Virus record (IMG/VR): IMGVR_UViG_3300045988_053840
Source of the DNA: a virus
Length of the DNA stretch: 58,062 nt
Strand: one strand, 5' to 3'
Shown here: one piece after another, positions 9,783 through 18,270 of the stretch
How the letters are laid out: the number at the start of each line of letters is the position of its first letter
How positions within the stretch are numbered: position 1 is the stretch's first letter
Made by a program: the position numbers and the translations under genes
Notes under the pieces: model-generated
What the model was told of the DNA's origin: nothing
The model's input: only the letters and a program-made list of their open reading frames with translations
The model's database searches: none

Positions 9783-11081
9783 ATGTTAAAAGGACATGCA
9801 AAAATTGAATTAAAGAATGAAAAGACTGGAAAATTAGATGTTATTGAACATGATAACATGATTACTAATGGTTTGAATAATATACTTGCTATAGCCACTT
9901 CAATGTTTTCTACAGAAGATTTGAACTCACAATATTTTCCACTTAATAATAAAGGGATGGGTGGTTTATTGCTATTTCAAAATACTTTAGATGAAAGTGC
10001 TGATAACACTTTAATACCTTTAGAAGAAACTAACCCTCTTATAGGATACGCATCTAATGATGTTAATTCAGGAACAGATACAAAAAGAGGTTCTCGTAAT
10101 TTAACTGAAAGTATAAAACTTGATAATGGATATAAGTTTGTATGGGATTTCACAACTGCTCAAGCAAATGGACAAATATCAGCACTTGCACTGACACATG
10201 CTAATACTGCTAAAGGTGTTTCAAGTTCTAACATTCTAGGCTCATATAACCTTTTAAACATGACGAACAATGTATCTCAAGATTTAATAAGTAATGCTAT
10301 AAAAACAGCAGTTGATTTTGATTGGAATAGTAATGTTCTTACCTGCATTAAAACAATTGATACTAGCACTATTGTAGTTTATAAAATAAAAGTATGTGTT
10401 GGTAATATATCTATTGGTATAAATGATGCTATACGCTATGTTACTCTTATATCTCAAACAAATGTCACACTTTCTCAAAGTGTACTCGCTAATACAACTT
10501 GGCATAATAGTGATGATGAATATTATTATGGATTTGGTGGTGGCGATTATTACCAAAATAAACCTTACTCTGTGTATAGAATTAAGAAATCTGATTACAC
10601 TCTAGATGAAAGTTTTACATTTTCAGGTTCTACACAATATGGGGAAACAGATTACAGTGGTAACTGGTTTAAATGGAATAATAGTTTTTACATGACAAAA
10701 TATGATAGAGTTCTTGCATTAGACCTAAATACAAAAACATTTTCACGTCTAAACGGAGCTAGTTATAGTATCGTATTAGACCCTCGTAATTATTTACATG
10801 CCGGAACCGTATTTATTAAATCGAATAATACTACAGTTTCAAGACATTCTAATAAATGGTTCTTTGAAGAAATATCGAATACCAATTCAGAAAAAGCTTT
10901 TATCTCTCCTGATGGCATTGTACTTGTCATTGGATATAATTATACCTATGGTAGCTATTCAATATGGGTTCAAATGGGAGTTGTAAACGAATATTTAGCA
11001 ACTATTAATAACTTAGATAGTCCTGTAATTAAAACATCTGAACAAAGTATGAAAGTTACTTATACAATAACAGAAGAATAA
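9783..11081 (+). CDS. Tail fibre / baseplate protein (putative)
   Basis: 432-aa Asn/Ser/Thr-rich ORF, last gene before the lysis module. Confidence 0.3.
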   Translation: MLKGHAKIELKNEKTGKLDVIEHDNMITNGLNNILAIATSMFSTEDLNSQYFPLNNKGMGGLLLFQNTLDESADNTLIPLEETNPLIGYASNDVNSGTDTKRGSRNLTESIKLDNGYKFVWDFTTAQANGQISALALTHANTAKGVSSSNILGSYNLLNMTNNVSQDLISNAIKTAVDFDWNSNVLTCIKTIDTSTIVVYKIKVCVGNISIGINDAIRYVTLISQTNVTLSQSVLANTTWHNSDDEYYYGFGGGDYYQNKPYSVYRIKKSDYTLDESFTFSGSTQYGETDYSGNWFKWNNSFYMTKYDRVLALDLNTKTFSRLNGASYSIVLDPRNYLHAGTVFIKSNNTTVSRHSNKWFFEEISNTNSEKAFISPDGIVLVIGYNYTYGSYSIWVQMGVVNEYLATINNLDSPVIKTSEQSMKVTYTITEE

Positions 11082-11092
11082 TTAAAAAGTAC

Positions 11093-11121
11093 TTGTAAAA
11101 TATAATATAAATGTATATAAT
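11093..11121 (+). promoter_or_regulatory. Sigma-A-type promoter upstream of lysis genes (TTGTAA-17-TATAAT)
   Basis: TTGTAA at 11093-11098, 17-nt spacer, TATAAT at 11116-11121. Confidence 0.4.
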
Positions 11122-11156
11122 TTAATTGAATAAATATTATGAAAGGAGATATTATT

Positions 11157-12080
11157 ATGGAATTTCCAATGATTTCAGGACAGCATTCAGATTTCTTTAA
11201 TGCTTTAGCCCCGATTGTATGTAATGAATGGGTTAAAAGAAGACACAATAGTGAAAGAACAATTTCACCTGCTGTTGCAATGGCACAGGCGGCTCTGGAG
11301 AGTGGCTATAATATCAATGCTTCTTCACTTTTTGGAATTAAGGGTGAAGGTTTTACATCACCAACAGAAGAATATATTGATGGTATTAAGCAGAATATTG
11401 TTGATAGCTTTGTTAAGTATCCTAGCATTACAGCTTCTATTGTTGGTTATTATGACCTTATGCAGGATGATAATTATGCAGATGCAACAGCGGCAAACAC
11501 AGTTGAGGGTGAACTGTATGGATTAACTAATGCAGTGGACGAAGGCTATGATGCTAACGGAAACTGGGTTGGATATAACTACGCAACAGACCCTGAGTAT
11601 TATTCTAAGTGCTTATGGATTGTTAATGAATATGGTCTTAGAGCTTACAATGATTATGTCTGGGATGTTGTTAATGATGATAATACATCATCAGAACCAG
11701 TTGAACAGCCATCAACAGAGATTGATGAAAATGTCGTAGATGCTATATATCGTGGAGAATATGGCGATGGTGATGAGCGTAAAGAAAGACTTGAAGCTGA
11801 AGGATATAATTATGCTGATTATCAAGCAAGGGTTGAGGAAAAGTACTACTCTAATAGTGATGATACAGATTCTACTCCTACAGAATCTGAACCAGTAACA
11901 CTTACAGAGGGTACGAAGGTTAGATTCACAGGTGCATGTGATACTAATGGAACACCACTTGCATATACAGACCGTACTTATGTTATTAATAGTTTTTCAG
12001 ATGATAGAGAGAAAGTACTTCTCGATATTTATGGAGAACATTATGCATGGGTATGGGCTTCGGAAGTAGTACCTGCTTAA
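11157..12080 (+). CDS. Endolysin: N-acetylglucosaminidase (FlgJ/LytD-type) with C-terminal SH3-like wall-binding region
   Basis: ORF track 11139..12080; ATG 11157 follows AAAGGAGA. The motif AMAQAALESGYNINASSLFGIKGEG is typical of the glucosaminidase family. Confidence 0.75.
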   Translation: MEFPMISGQHSDFFNALAPIVCNEWVKRRHNSERTISPAVAMAQAALESGYNINASSLFGIKGEGFTSPTEEYIDGIKQNIVDSFVKYPSITASIVGYYDLMQDDNYADATAANTVEGELYGLTNAVDEGYDANGNWVGYNYATDPEYYSKCLWIVNEYGLRAYNDYVWDVVNDDNTSSEPVEQPSTEIDENVVDAIYRGEYGDGDERKERLEAEGYNYADYQARVEEKYYSNSDDTDSTPTESEPVTLTEGTKVRFTGACDTNGTPLAYTDRTYVINSFSDDREKVLLDIYGEHYAWVWASEVVPA

Positions 12081-12259
12081 TGACTACTAATGCTATGGGA
12101 GACATCATCTCAGGAACTTTAATTAAGTTACCTGAAGATGATGCTACATACATGGTAGGAGAGATATATTCTAATGGTCTATGCAAGCTCTACAATGAGC
12201 AGACAATGAAGTTTAAAGGCTTATATAATCTTTTAGATATTAAGCCGTATGTGAGGTGA
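12080..12259 (+). CDS. Hypothetical small protein, translationally coupled to endolysin
   Basis: ORF track 12047..12259. An in-frame ATG at 12080 overlaps the endolysin stop (TAATG). Confidence 0.35.
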   Translation: MTTNAMGDIISGTLIKLPEDDATYMVGEIYSNGLCKLYNEQTMKFKGLYNLLDIKPYVR

Positions 12260-12263
12260 TTAT

Positions 12264-12554
12264 ATGGAAATATGGATTAGTTTATTAGGTTCATTATTCA
12301 CTGGTGGACTAGCTCTTGTTGGTGTTATATATACCTCACGAAAACAGCATGATGTAACTATTCAAGAAGTTAAAACAGAAATTGCTCTTGTTAAAAAAGA
12401 TATAACAACATTAGAAGCTAGTGTTTCTAAGCATAATGGTGTTGTAGAAAGAATGTTTGCGGCAGAAAAAGCAATAGGACTTCTAGATGAACGACTTAAA
12501 ACTGCTAATCACCGCATATCAGATTTAGAGGAGGTGAATAAGCATGAAGATTAG
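12264..12554 (+). CDS. Membrane protein (N-terminal TM helix plus coiled coil), lysis-associated
   Basis: MEIWISLLGSLFTGGLALVGVIY forms a TM segment followed by a heptad-like region. It sits in the lysis block. Confidence 0.4.
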   Translation: MEIWISLLGSLFTGGLALVGVIYTSRKQHDVTIQEVKTEIALVKKDITTLEASVSKHNGVVERMFAAEKAIGLLDERLKTANHRISDLEEVNKHED

Positions 12555-12759
12555 TAATCGGGTTTATGATGTTCTTAAATGGATTGCACTTATTGCATTA
12601 CCAGCCATAATCACTTTCTATGGTGTTGTAGGTACAGCTTGCAATATTCCTTATACTGAAACAGTTCTTACAATAGCCAGTGCATTTGATGTGATGCTTG
12701 GTACTATGCTAGGTGTAAGTAACCGTAATTATAATAAGGATGAGAGTGAGGGTAAGTAG
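12544..12759 (+). CDS. Holin, Dp-1 family-like
   Basis: 71 aa. VYDVLKWIALIALPAIITFYGVVG...PYTETVLTIASAFDVMLGTMLGVS resembles the Dp-1 holin family. Confidence 0.6.
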   Translation: MKISNRVYDVLKWIALIALPAIITFYGVVGTACNIPYTETVLTIASAFDVMLGTMLGVSNRNYNKDESEGK

Positions 12760-12760
12760 T

Positions 12761-13012
12761 ATGGAGGGAGATAATTTAGCTACTGAATTATTACATGAAA
12801 TCAAGCGGACAAGTAAAAGAAATTTTATTCTTTTCATCATTACGCTTGTAATGTTGTTTGTAACTAACGCATTGTGGTTATATGCTTGGACACTACCAGT
12901 TGAAGAAACATCTGTAACCACTACCACAGTAGACCAAGATTCACAGGATAATGGTTCAAACACATACATTGATAGTGAAGGAGATGTAGATTATGGCGAG
13001 ACAGACAATTAA
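12761..13012 (+). CDS. Membrane protein (single TM), lysis-associated hypothetical
   Basis: ORF track 12740..13012; ATG 12761 follows GAGGG. TM segment FILFIITLVMLFVTNALWLYAW. Confidence 0.4.
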   Translation: MEGDNLATELLHEIKRTSKRNFILFIITLVMLFVTNALWLYAWTLPVEETSVTTTTVDQDSQDNGSNTYIDSEGDVDYGETDN

Positions 13013-13070
13013 AAAGACCACAACTACGACAAAGCGTAGAAGAGGTGGAGGTCGGAAAGGTCGTAGATAA
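12993..13070 (+). CDS. Possible 25-aa Arg/Thr-rich peptide (MARQTIKKTTTTTKRRRGGGRKGRR)
   Basis: Not in the ORF track because it is under 60 aa. ATG 12993 lies 8 nt after GAAGGAG, and its stop overlaps the next ATG (TAATG at 13068-13072). Confidence 0.3.
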   Translation: MARQTIKKTTTTTKRRRGGGRKGRR

Positions 13071-13270
13071 TGACTATTTCTAATTTCACCAAGCCCGAAC
13101 TTGATTATTTTAGAGATAACTGTAATTTTGTTAATTTTGAATCTAATGTGTTTGAAATGAGCGCAAGTGGTTACACGCTTGAATACATTGCAGAACAGCT
13201 TCATATTTCAGTTGACTACGTTAGGAAACTAAGTCAAAGGGTTAATCGTAAGATAATCAAAGTTATATAA
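13070..13270 (+). CDS. Small HTH protein (sigma-70 region-4 / LuxR-like)
   Basis: SGYTLEYIAEQLHISVDYVRKLSQRVNRKI looks like a region-4-type helix-turn-helix. Confidence 0.45.
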   Translation: MTISNFTKPELDYFRDNCNFVNFESNVFEMSASGYTLEYIAEQLHISVDYVRKLSQRVNRKIIKVI

Positions 13271-13294
13271 TTTAATACATTTTATGTGCATTTT

Positions 13295-13332
13295 AAGAAC
13301 ACATTCACTACATTGTGGATGTGTTCTTTTTT
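13295..13332 (+). terminator. Rho-independent terminator closing the lysis unit
   Basis: aagaacacat (13295-13304) pairs with atgtgttctt (13319-13328), followed by a T tract. Confidence 0.7.
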
Positions 13333-13369
13333 ATTTACAATAAAATCATAAACAAAGGAGGTATATATT

Positions 13370-13657
13370 ATGAAAGATTTAATCTCTAAATTATTAGTTG
13401 ATGAAAGTATACAAGATATACCAGTACTTTATATATGTAGAATCGCAGTAGAGTTAGTCAAATTATCGGAGGAAACTATGATAAGTCCATCAATCGAAGA
13501 CCCAGTTAATTTAATCAGATATCGAAACAGCTTATTAGATACCTTAAGAAAGGAGTGTGCTTGTGATGTACGGTTATCCAGCAATGAACCAACAAATCAA
13601 TTATCCCAGCATGATGAACAATCTTGCGAATCCAATGGGAATGAACATGCAGAGTAA
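13370..13657 (+). CDS. Hypothetical protein (accessory cassette gene 1)
   Basis: Strong RBS AAAGGAGG. Its 3' end overlaps the next ORF by about 90 nt in another frame. Confidence 0.4.
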   Translation: MKDLISKLLVDESIQDIPVLYICRIAVELVKLSEETMISPSIEDPVNLIRYRNSLLDTLRKECACDVRLSSNEPTNQLSQHDEQSCESNGNEHAE

Positions 13658-13988
13658 TATTCCAGTAAATAATTCTCTTATGCTTACAAGAGTTACAGGA
13701 TTAGAAGGTGCAAAGGCGTATCAAATGCCTCCTAATAGTACTGTAGCACTATTCGATAATAATGATGATTTAATGTACATTAAAACAACAGATGGAGCAG
13801 GATTTCCTACTATAAGAACATTCGCTTTTAATGAAGTTGTTGCTAATAATAACACTGTTCCAGAAAATGTCGATTATGTAACAAGAGACGAATTTAATAA
13901 ATTAAAGGAGGAATTATTAAATGGCAAGCAGTCTATTTCAAGGTCAAAATCAAACCTCAACACAGCAGATAAATCCGCAGATAATTAG
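13566..13988 (+). CDS. Hypothetical protein with Gln/Asn/Met-rich N-terminus
   Basis: ORF track 13557..13988; GTG 13563 or ATG 13566 follows GGAG. MYGYPAMNQQINYPSMMNNLANPMGMNMQSN low-complexity region, then a globular domain. Confidence 0.45.
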   Translation: MYGYPAMNQQINYPSMMNNLANPMGMNMQSNIPVNNSLMLTRVTGLEGAKAYQMPPNSTVALFDNNDDLMYIKTTDGAGFPTIRTFAFNEVVANNNTVPENVDYVTRDEFNKLKEELLNGKQSISRSKSNLNTADKSADN

Positions 13989-14139
13989 TCAGGCAAAAGC
14001 CATGATGAACAATGCAGGACAAATACAACAGTTATTAGGAATGCTTGGTGGTAAGGGATTAAACCCAGAACAAGCAGTAAGAAATATCTGTAAACAGAAA
14101 GGCATAAATGTAGATGAATTTATGTCACAGCTTAAATAA
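13921..14139 (+). CDS. Hypothetical Gln-rich small protein
   Basis: ATG 13921 follows AAAGGAGG. It overlaps the upstream ORF by 68 nt. Confidence 0.45.
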   Translation: MASSLFQGQNQTSTQQINPQIISQAKAMMNNAGQIQQLLGMLGGKGLNPEQAVRNICKQKGINVDEFMSQLK

Positions 14140-14188
14140 GGATTTTGCAAAATCAATATAAATATTAAAATGAAAGGAGACTATCACT

Positions 14189-14800
14189 ATGACAGATGGA
14201 GTATCTTTAGCAGACATTGCCGCTGTTACCGACAACAAAGACGGTATGTTCGGTGGTGCAGGTGGTGGCGGAATGTGGATTTTCGCACTTTTAATTCTCT
14301 TACTTATTGGAGGAGGAAGTTTCTTCGGTGGAAACAGAGCAGTCAATGGTGAACCAGTTACAGAAGCAGGTCTTTGTAATGCCATGAATTTCAATAATCT
14401 TGAAAATTCAGTTGGCAGACTGAATGATAATGTTCAGCACAACTATCAGGGATTACAGAATGGACTTTGCAATTTAGGTTATGAAACACTTCGTAACTTC
14501 AATACAGTTCAGCAACAGGTTGCTGATTGTTGCTGTACAACACAGAGAGCTATTGATGGTGTGAACTATAATGGAGCTATTAATACAGCCGCTATTAACG
14601 CTAATACAACAGCTCAGACACAGAAGATTCTTGATGCTATGGCACAGAATAAGATTGAAAGCCTTCAGGCTCAGGTCAACCAGCTTCAGCTTCAGTCCGC
14701 TATGTGTGGTGTAGTTAGATATCCTAATGCAACAACATACACAGCAGGTATGAACCCTTACTGGAATAACTCATGTTGCAATAATGGAGTTAATATTTAG
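14189..14800 (+). CDS. Cys-rich membrane protein (Gly-rich/TM N-terminus, Q/N-rich coiled segment)
   Basis: GGAGGGGMWIFALLILLLIGGGSFFGG TM motif. The ectodomain has nine Cys, including CCC and a C-terminal CC. Good RBS. Confidence 0.5.
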   Translation: MTDGVSLADIAAVTDNKDGMFGGAGGGGMWIFALLILLLIGGGSFFGGNRAVNGEPVTEAGLCNAMNFNNLENSVGRLNDNVQHNYQGLQNGLCNLGYETLRNFNTVQQQVADCCCTTQRAIDGVNYNGAINTAAINANTTAQTQKILDAMAQNKIESLQAQVNQLQLQSAMCGVVRYPNATTYTAGMNPYWNNSCCNNGVNI

Positions 14801-14825
14801 TCATTTAGACAAGGTTTGATATTAT

Positions 14826-14856
14826 GAGGAATGCCTTGTCGGTATTCCTCTTTTTT
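14826..14856 (+). terminator. Internal hairpin terminator/attenuator in accessory cassette
   Basis: gaggaat (14826-14832) pairs with attcctc (14844-14850), followed by tttttt. Confidence 0.55.
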
Positions 14857-14875
14857 AATGAAAGGAGATAACATT

Positions 14876-15295
14876 ATGAGTTGTAAATCAGGAATTTATG
14901 TTGTAAATACTACAACAGGAACATCTATTGGTATTGGTGGTACTTATGTACCATCTACAATAATTAGACGATATGGTAAGTATTGCCAGTTAGGTGGAAA
15001 TGGTGTTTCTATAGGAAACGCTTGTGGAGGTGCTGGTTACTATGATGTAAATGCAAGTGTAGCAGTAGTCGCTACTGCCATAGGAAATGTGACAGCAACA
15101 TTATACAAAGATGGAGCACCAGTACAAGGAGCTACAGCTATTGCAACAGCAACAGCGATAGGTGATATTGTAACTCTTCCTATATCTGCACTTGTAAGAT
15201 TAAACTGTGATTGTGACACAGCTAATCTTACAATAGTAATTGGTGGACAGGCAGTAACTGCTCAGAATCTTGCGTTTGTGGTTGAGAAAATCTAA
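14876..15295 (+). CDS. Hypothetical beta-rich protein, possibly TNF/C1q-like jelly roll (BclA C-terminal-domain-like)
   Basis: ORF track 14831..15295; ATG 14876 follows AAAGGAGA. The Gly/Ala/Thr/Val-rich pattern YYDVNASVAVVATAIGNVTATLYKDGAPVQG resembles C1q/BclA-CTD strands. No search was done. Confidence 0.3.
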   Translation: MSCKSGIYVVNTTTGTSIGIGGTYVPSTIIRRYGKYCQLGGNGVSIGNACGGAGYYDVNASVAVVATAIGNVTATLYKDGAPVQGATAIATATAIGDIVTLPISALVRLNCDCDTANLTIVIGGQAVTAQNLAFVVEKI

Positions 15296-15519
15296 TGGAT
15301 GATAGACAATTTGATATATTAGACATATTAAATATATTGTCTTTTATCATAGGGGTTAAGAATCTAAATGATAACTTATCTCAAAATACTGCCGGAGATT
15401 TATTATCTGCGGCAGTAAAAGAGATACATGAGCATTTATCCGAACAGGACAAAAAGATTGATTTAATTCTAAAAAAGTTAGGAGTTGATTATAATGACGA
15501 AAATAAAAAAGTTAGCTGA
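15295..15519 (+). CDS. Hypothetical protein
   Basis: 74-aa ORF with ATG overlapping the upstream stop (TAATG). Confidence 0.45.
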   Translation: MDDRQFDILDILNILSFIIGVKNLNDNLSQNTAGDLLSAAVKEIHEHLSEQDKKIDLILKKLGVDYNDENKKVS

Positions 15520-15793
15520 ACACATTGAAGAAGAGCTTTTGGGTGCTAAAGAATATGCTGAAAAGTATGTTGAGTGTAAAGCAAAAGGAGATATGCAATG
15601 GGCTAATCGTTATAAGGAAATGGCTAATGATGAACTAAAGCACGCAAGCTATCTGCATGATAAAGCTGTGCAGGATATAGAAGAAATAGGGAAAGTATTT
15701 AAACCTACAGAAGAGATGGAAGAAAAGTGGGAAAAATGCCATAAGAAATATGTTGAGCAAACCGCTTGGATTAAGCAGATGCTGACTATGTAA
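15494..15793 (+). CDS. Hypothetical helical protein (possible half-ferritin-like, E...ExxH)
   Basis: ORF track 15485..15793; ATG 15494 follows AGGAG. Helical Glu/Lys-rich sequence containing NDELKHASYLH. Confidence 0.35.
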   Translation: MTKIKKLAEHIEEELLGAKEYAEKYVECKAKGDMQWANRYKEMANDELKHASYLHDKAVQDIEEIGKVFKPTEEMEEKWEKCHKKYVEQTAWIKQMLTM

Positions 15794-15804
15794 AGGGTGA
15801 TTGT

Positions 15805-16140
15805 ATGACATTTAATGAGAGTATTCCTATCGCTAAAGAGCTAGCAGAAAATGAATTAAAAAGACATTTTGACGCAGATGCTTTTATAATTCTTGCATTA
15901 ATCGACAAGATGAATATTGATTTAGTCCCTGATAGTAATGTTGATGAAACTATTACAGACATTCAAGGCTTGTTTATTAATTATATGCACAATAGAAGTA
16001 TCAGTAATCTTGAAGCATTAATGTCTACTATTAGGAAAATGTTAAGTGAATTATATCATACCTGTACAACAGAAGAAAAAGAAGTATTCACTAAGTATCT
16101 ATCTAATTTAGAAGATATAGTGCATACAACATCAATATAA
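15805..16140 (+). CDS. Hypothetical acidic protein
   Basis: 111-aa ORF, last gene of the cassette before the terminator. Confidence 0.45.
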   Translation: MTFNESIPIAKELAENELKRHFDADAFIILALIDKMNIDLVPDSNVDETITDIQGLFINYMHNRSISNLEALMSTIRKMLSELYHTCTTEEKEVFTKYLSNLEDIVHTTSI

Positions 16141-16153
16141 TATGTTTTCATAT

Positions 16154-16186
16154 AGGCTGGGATTAAATTCCCAGCCTTATTTTTAT
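16154..16186 (+). terminator. Rho-independent terminator closing accessory cassette
   Basis: aggctggga (16154-16162) pairs with tcccagcct (16169-16177), followed by tatttttat. Confidence 0.75.
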
Positions 16187-16205
16187 AATTTTTCCAGTTA
16201 ATCAC

Positions 16206-16234
16206 TTGACATTTCTATTTATATGTATTACAAT
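16206..16234 (+). promoter_or_regulatory. Early promoter P1 (TTGACA-17-TACAAT), member of the 8-copy family
   Basis: TTGACA at 16206-16211, TACAAT at 16229-16234. The spacer atttctatttatatgtat is conserved in the other copies. Confidence 0.7.
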
Positions 16235-16265
16235 ACAATTACATTAAGGAAAGGAGATACTTAAT

Positions 16266-16448
16266 ATGAAAGTTAGATACATAGTTAATAATTATCAGAA
16301 AGGTGCAAAATTAAAAACTTGTCCAACACATAAAATCATTGCTATGGAAAATATAGATAATAAACATACATCAGTTATATTTGATGTGAATGAAAGAGAG
16401 ATGGAATTTATAAACAAGGTTTTAGCTAAGAAAGGAGAAATTATATAA
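16266..16448 (+). CDS. Hypothetical protein
   Basis: 60-aa ORF after AAGGAGA, ATGA-coupled to the SNF2 helicase gene. Confidence 0.5.
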   Translation: MKVRYIVNNYQKGAKLKTCPTHKIIAMENIDNKHTSVIFDVNEREMEFINKVLAKKGEII

Positions 16449-18163
16449 TGATTAAAATACATATTGGAGAACCAAATAAGCTGGCTAATAACATTTTAGT
16501 AAAAAAAAGTGCTTTTGTATCGTTTGACTATAATCCGGATATTGTGAATTATATCAAGCAGATGGGAACAAGGATTTATAATCCGGATAACCATACTTGG
16601 GAAATGCCTATAAACAATATAATAGGTTTATGTAATAAGTTTGAAAATGAAGAAATTCAAATTGAAGGTATTTATGAAGATTTACATAAACAAGAATTTG
16701 AGATTGATATTCCGAAAGATTTTCAATTTAAAACAAAACCCTTTGCACATCAGATTGATGGTGTAAGATTTGGATTAAATAAAAAGAGATTCTTACTTGG
16801 TGATGACCAGGGATTAGGAAAAACAAAACAGATTATAGACTTTGTTGGATGTCTTGAAAAAACAGATAAGATAAATAAGGTGCTTATAATATGTGGGGTT
16901 AATTCCTTAAAATATAACTGGCAATATGAAATTGGTGTACATTCAGATGAAAAAGGATGGGTTCTCGGTACAAGATTTAGAAAGACAACAGGAAAAGCTT
17001 ATGAAGGAAGTACAAAGGATAAGCTTGAAGATTTAGATAATCTTCCAGATTGCAGATATATTATAACAAATATTGAGTCACTTAGAGCAGGAGCTGAAAA
17101 GATAACCAAGACCAAATATCATTTTCCAATTGCGGAAAAATTACAAGAACTTTGCAAAAATGGAACAATATCAGTAATTGCTTTTGACGAGTGCCACAAA
17201 TCAAAAGACCCTACATCTTTCCAGAGTAGAGCAATGTTATTATTATCTGCCCCATATATGTCAGCTATGAGCGGAACTCCTTTGATGAACAATCCTCTTG
17301 ATTTATATTTCCCTATTCACTGGTTAGGATATGAACCACACAGCTTCTATCAGTTTAAACAGCATTATTGCACATATGGTGGATGGGGTGGTTCACAGGT
17401 TGTAGGTTATAAAAATTTGGAAGAAATAAGAGCAATGATGGATAACATTATGCTTAGAAGATTAAAGTCAGAAGTTCTTGATTTACCAGAAAAGATAAGA
17501 AAGATTGAATATGTTGATATGACATCTAAACAGAACCAGATATATAAAGAAGTATATAATGGTGTTATGTCAGATTTACAGAAAATCAAGTTTTCAAATA
17601 ATCCACTTTCTATGATGATTAGATTAAGACAGGCTACAGGCTGGACAGGTATATTATCACAAACAGTTCAGGAATCAGCTAAAATGGATAGAATGGTTGA
17701 GCTTATAGAAGAAATAAGTGCAAGTGGACAAAAAGCTATTGTTTTCAGCAACTGGGAATCAATGACGGAAATAGCAAGAGAAAAGTTGAAAGCATATAAT
17801 CCAGCTTATATTACAGGTAATACTAAGGCAGATGATAGAATGAATGAAGTTACTAGATTCCAAAATGATAAGAATTGTAAGGTTATAATCGGAACTATTG
17901 GAGCAATGGGAACAGGACTTACATTAACAGCGGCACAGAATGTTATATTTTTAGACAGCCCTTGGAATATGGCATTAAAAGCACAAGCAGAAGATAGAGC
18001 CCACAGAATAGGTACACAGGGAACAGTCAATGTTATAACTCTTGTATGCAAGAATACGATAGATGAAAGAATAGAGGAACTTGTTGAAAAGAAAGGACAG
18101 ATTGCAGATGCACTTGTAGATGGCAAAGTAAGTATAGAAGATATTAATTATCTTCTTTCATAA
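16448..18163 (+). CDS. SNF2-family DNA helicase/translocase
   Basis: LGDDQGLGKTKQ (motif I), AFDECHKSK (DExH box) and C-terminal helicase motifs (TGLTLTAAQNVIFLDSPWN...QAEDRAHRIGQ-like). Confidence 0.85.
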   Translation: MIKIHIGEPNKLANNILVKKSAFVSFDYNPDIVNYIKQMGTRIYNPDNHTWEMPINNIIGLCNKFENEEIQIEGIYEDLHKQEFEIDIPKDFQFKTKPFAHQIDGVRFGLNKKRFLLGDDQGLGKTKQIIDFVGCLEKTDKINKVLIICGVNSLKYNWQYEIGVHSDEKGWVLGTRFRKTTGKAYEGSTKDKLEDLDNLPDCRYIITNIESLRAGAEKITKTKYHFPIAEKLQELCKNGTISVIAFDECHKSKDPTSFQSRAMLLLSAPYMSAMSGTPLMNNPLDLYFPIHWLGYEPHSFYQFKQHYCTYGGWGGSQVVGYKNLEEIRAMMDNIMLRRLKSEVLDLPEKIRKIEYVDMTSKQNQIYKEVYNGVMSDLQKIKFSNNPLSMMIRLRQATGWTGILSQTVQESAKMDRMVELIEEISASGQKAIVFSNWESMTEIAREKLKAYNPAYITGNTKADDRMNEVTRFQNDKNCKVIIGTIGAMGTGLTLTAAQNVIFLDSPWNMALKAQAEDRAHRIGTQGTVNVITLVCKNTIDERIEELVEKKGQIADALVDGKVSIEDINYLLS

Positions 18164-18169
18164 ACAAGA

Positions 18170-18202
18170 AATCCCACATGATAAAAAGTGTGGGATTTTT
18201 TA
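18170..18202 (+). terminator. Rho-independent terminator
   Basis: aatcccaca (18170-18178) pairs with tgtgggatt (18189-18197), followed by a T tract. Confidence 0.75.
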
Positions 18203-18211
18203 ATTTTAGAC

Positions 18212-18240
18212 TTGACATTTATGTTCATATGTATTACAAT
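18212..18240 (+). promoter_or_regulatory. Early promoter P2 (TTGACA-17-TACAAT)
   Basis: TTGACA at 18212-18217, TACAAT at 18235-18240. Confidence 0.7.
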
Positions 18241-18270
18241 ATACATAATCTAAGACAGGAGGTGATATGA

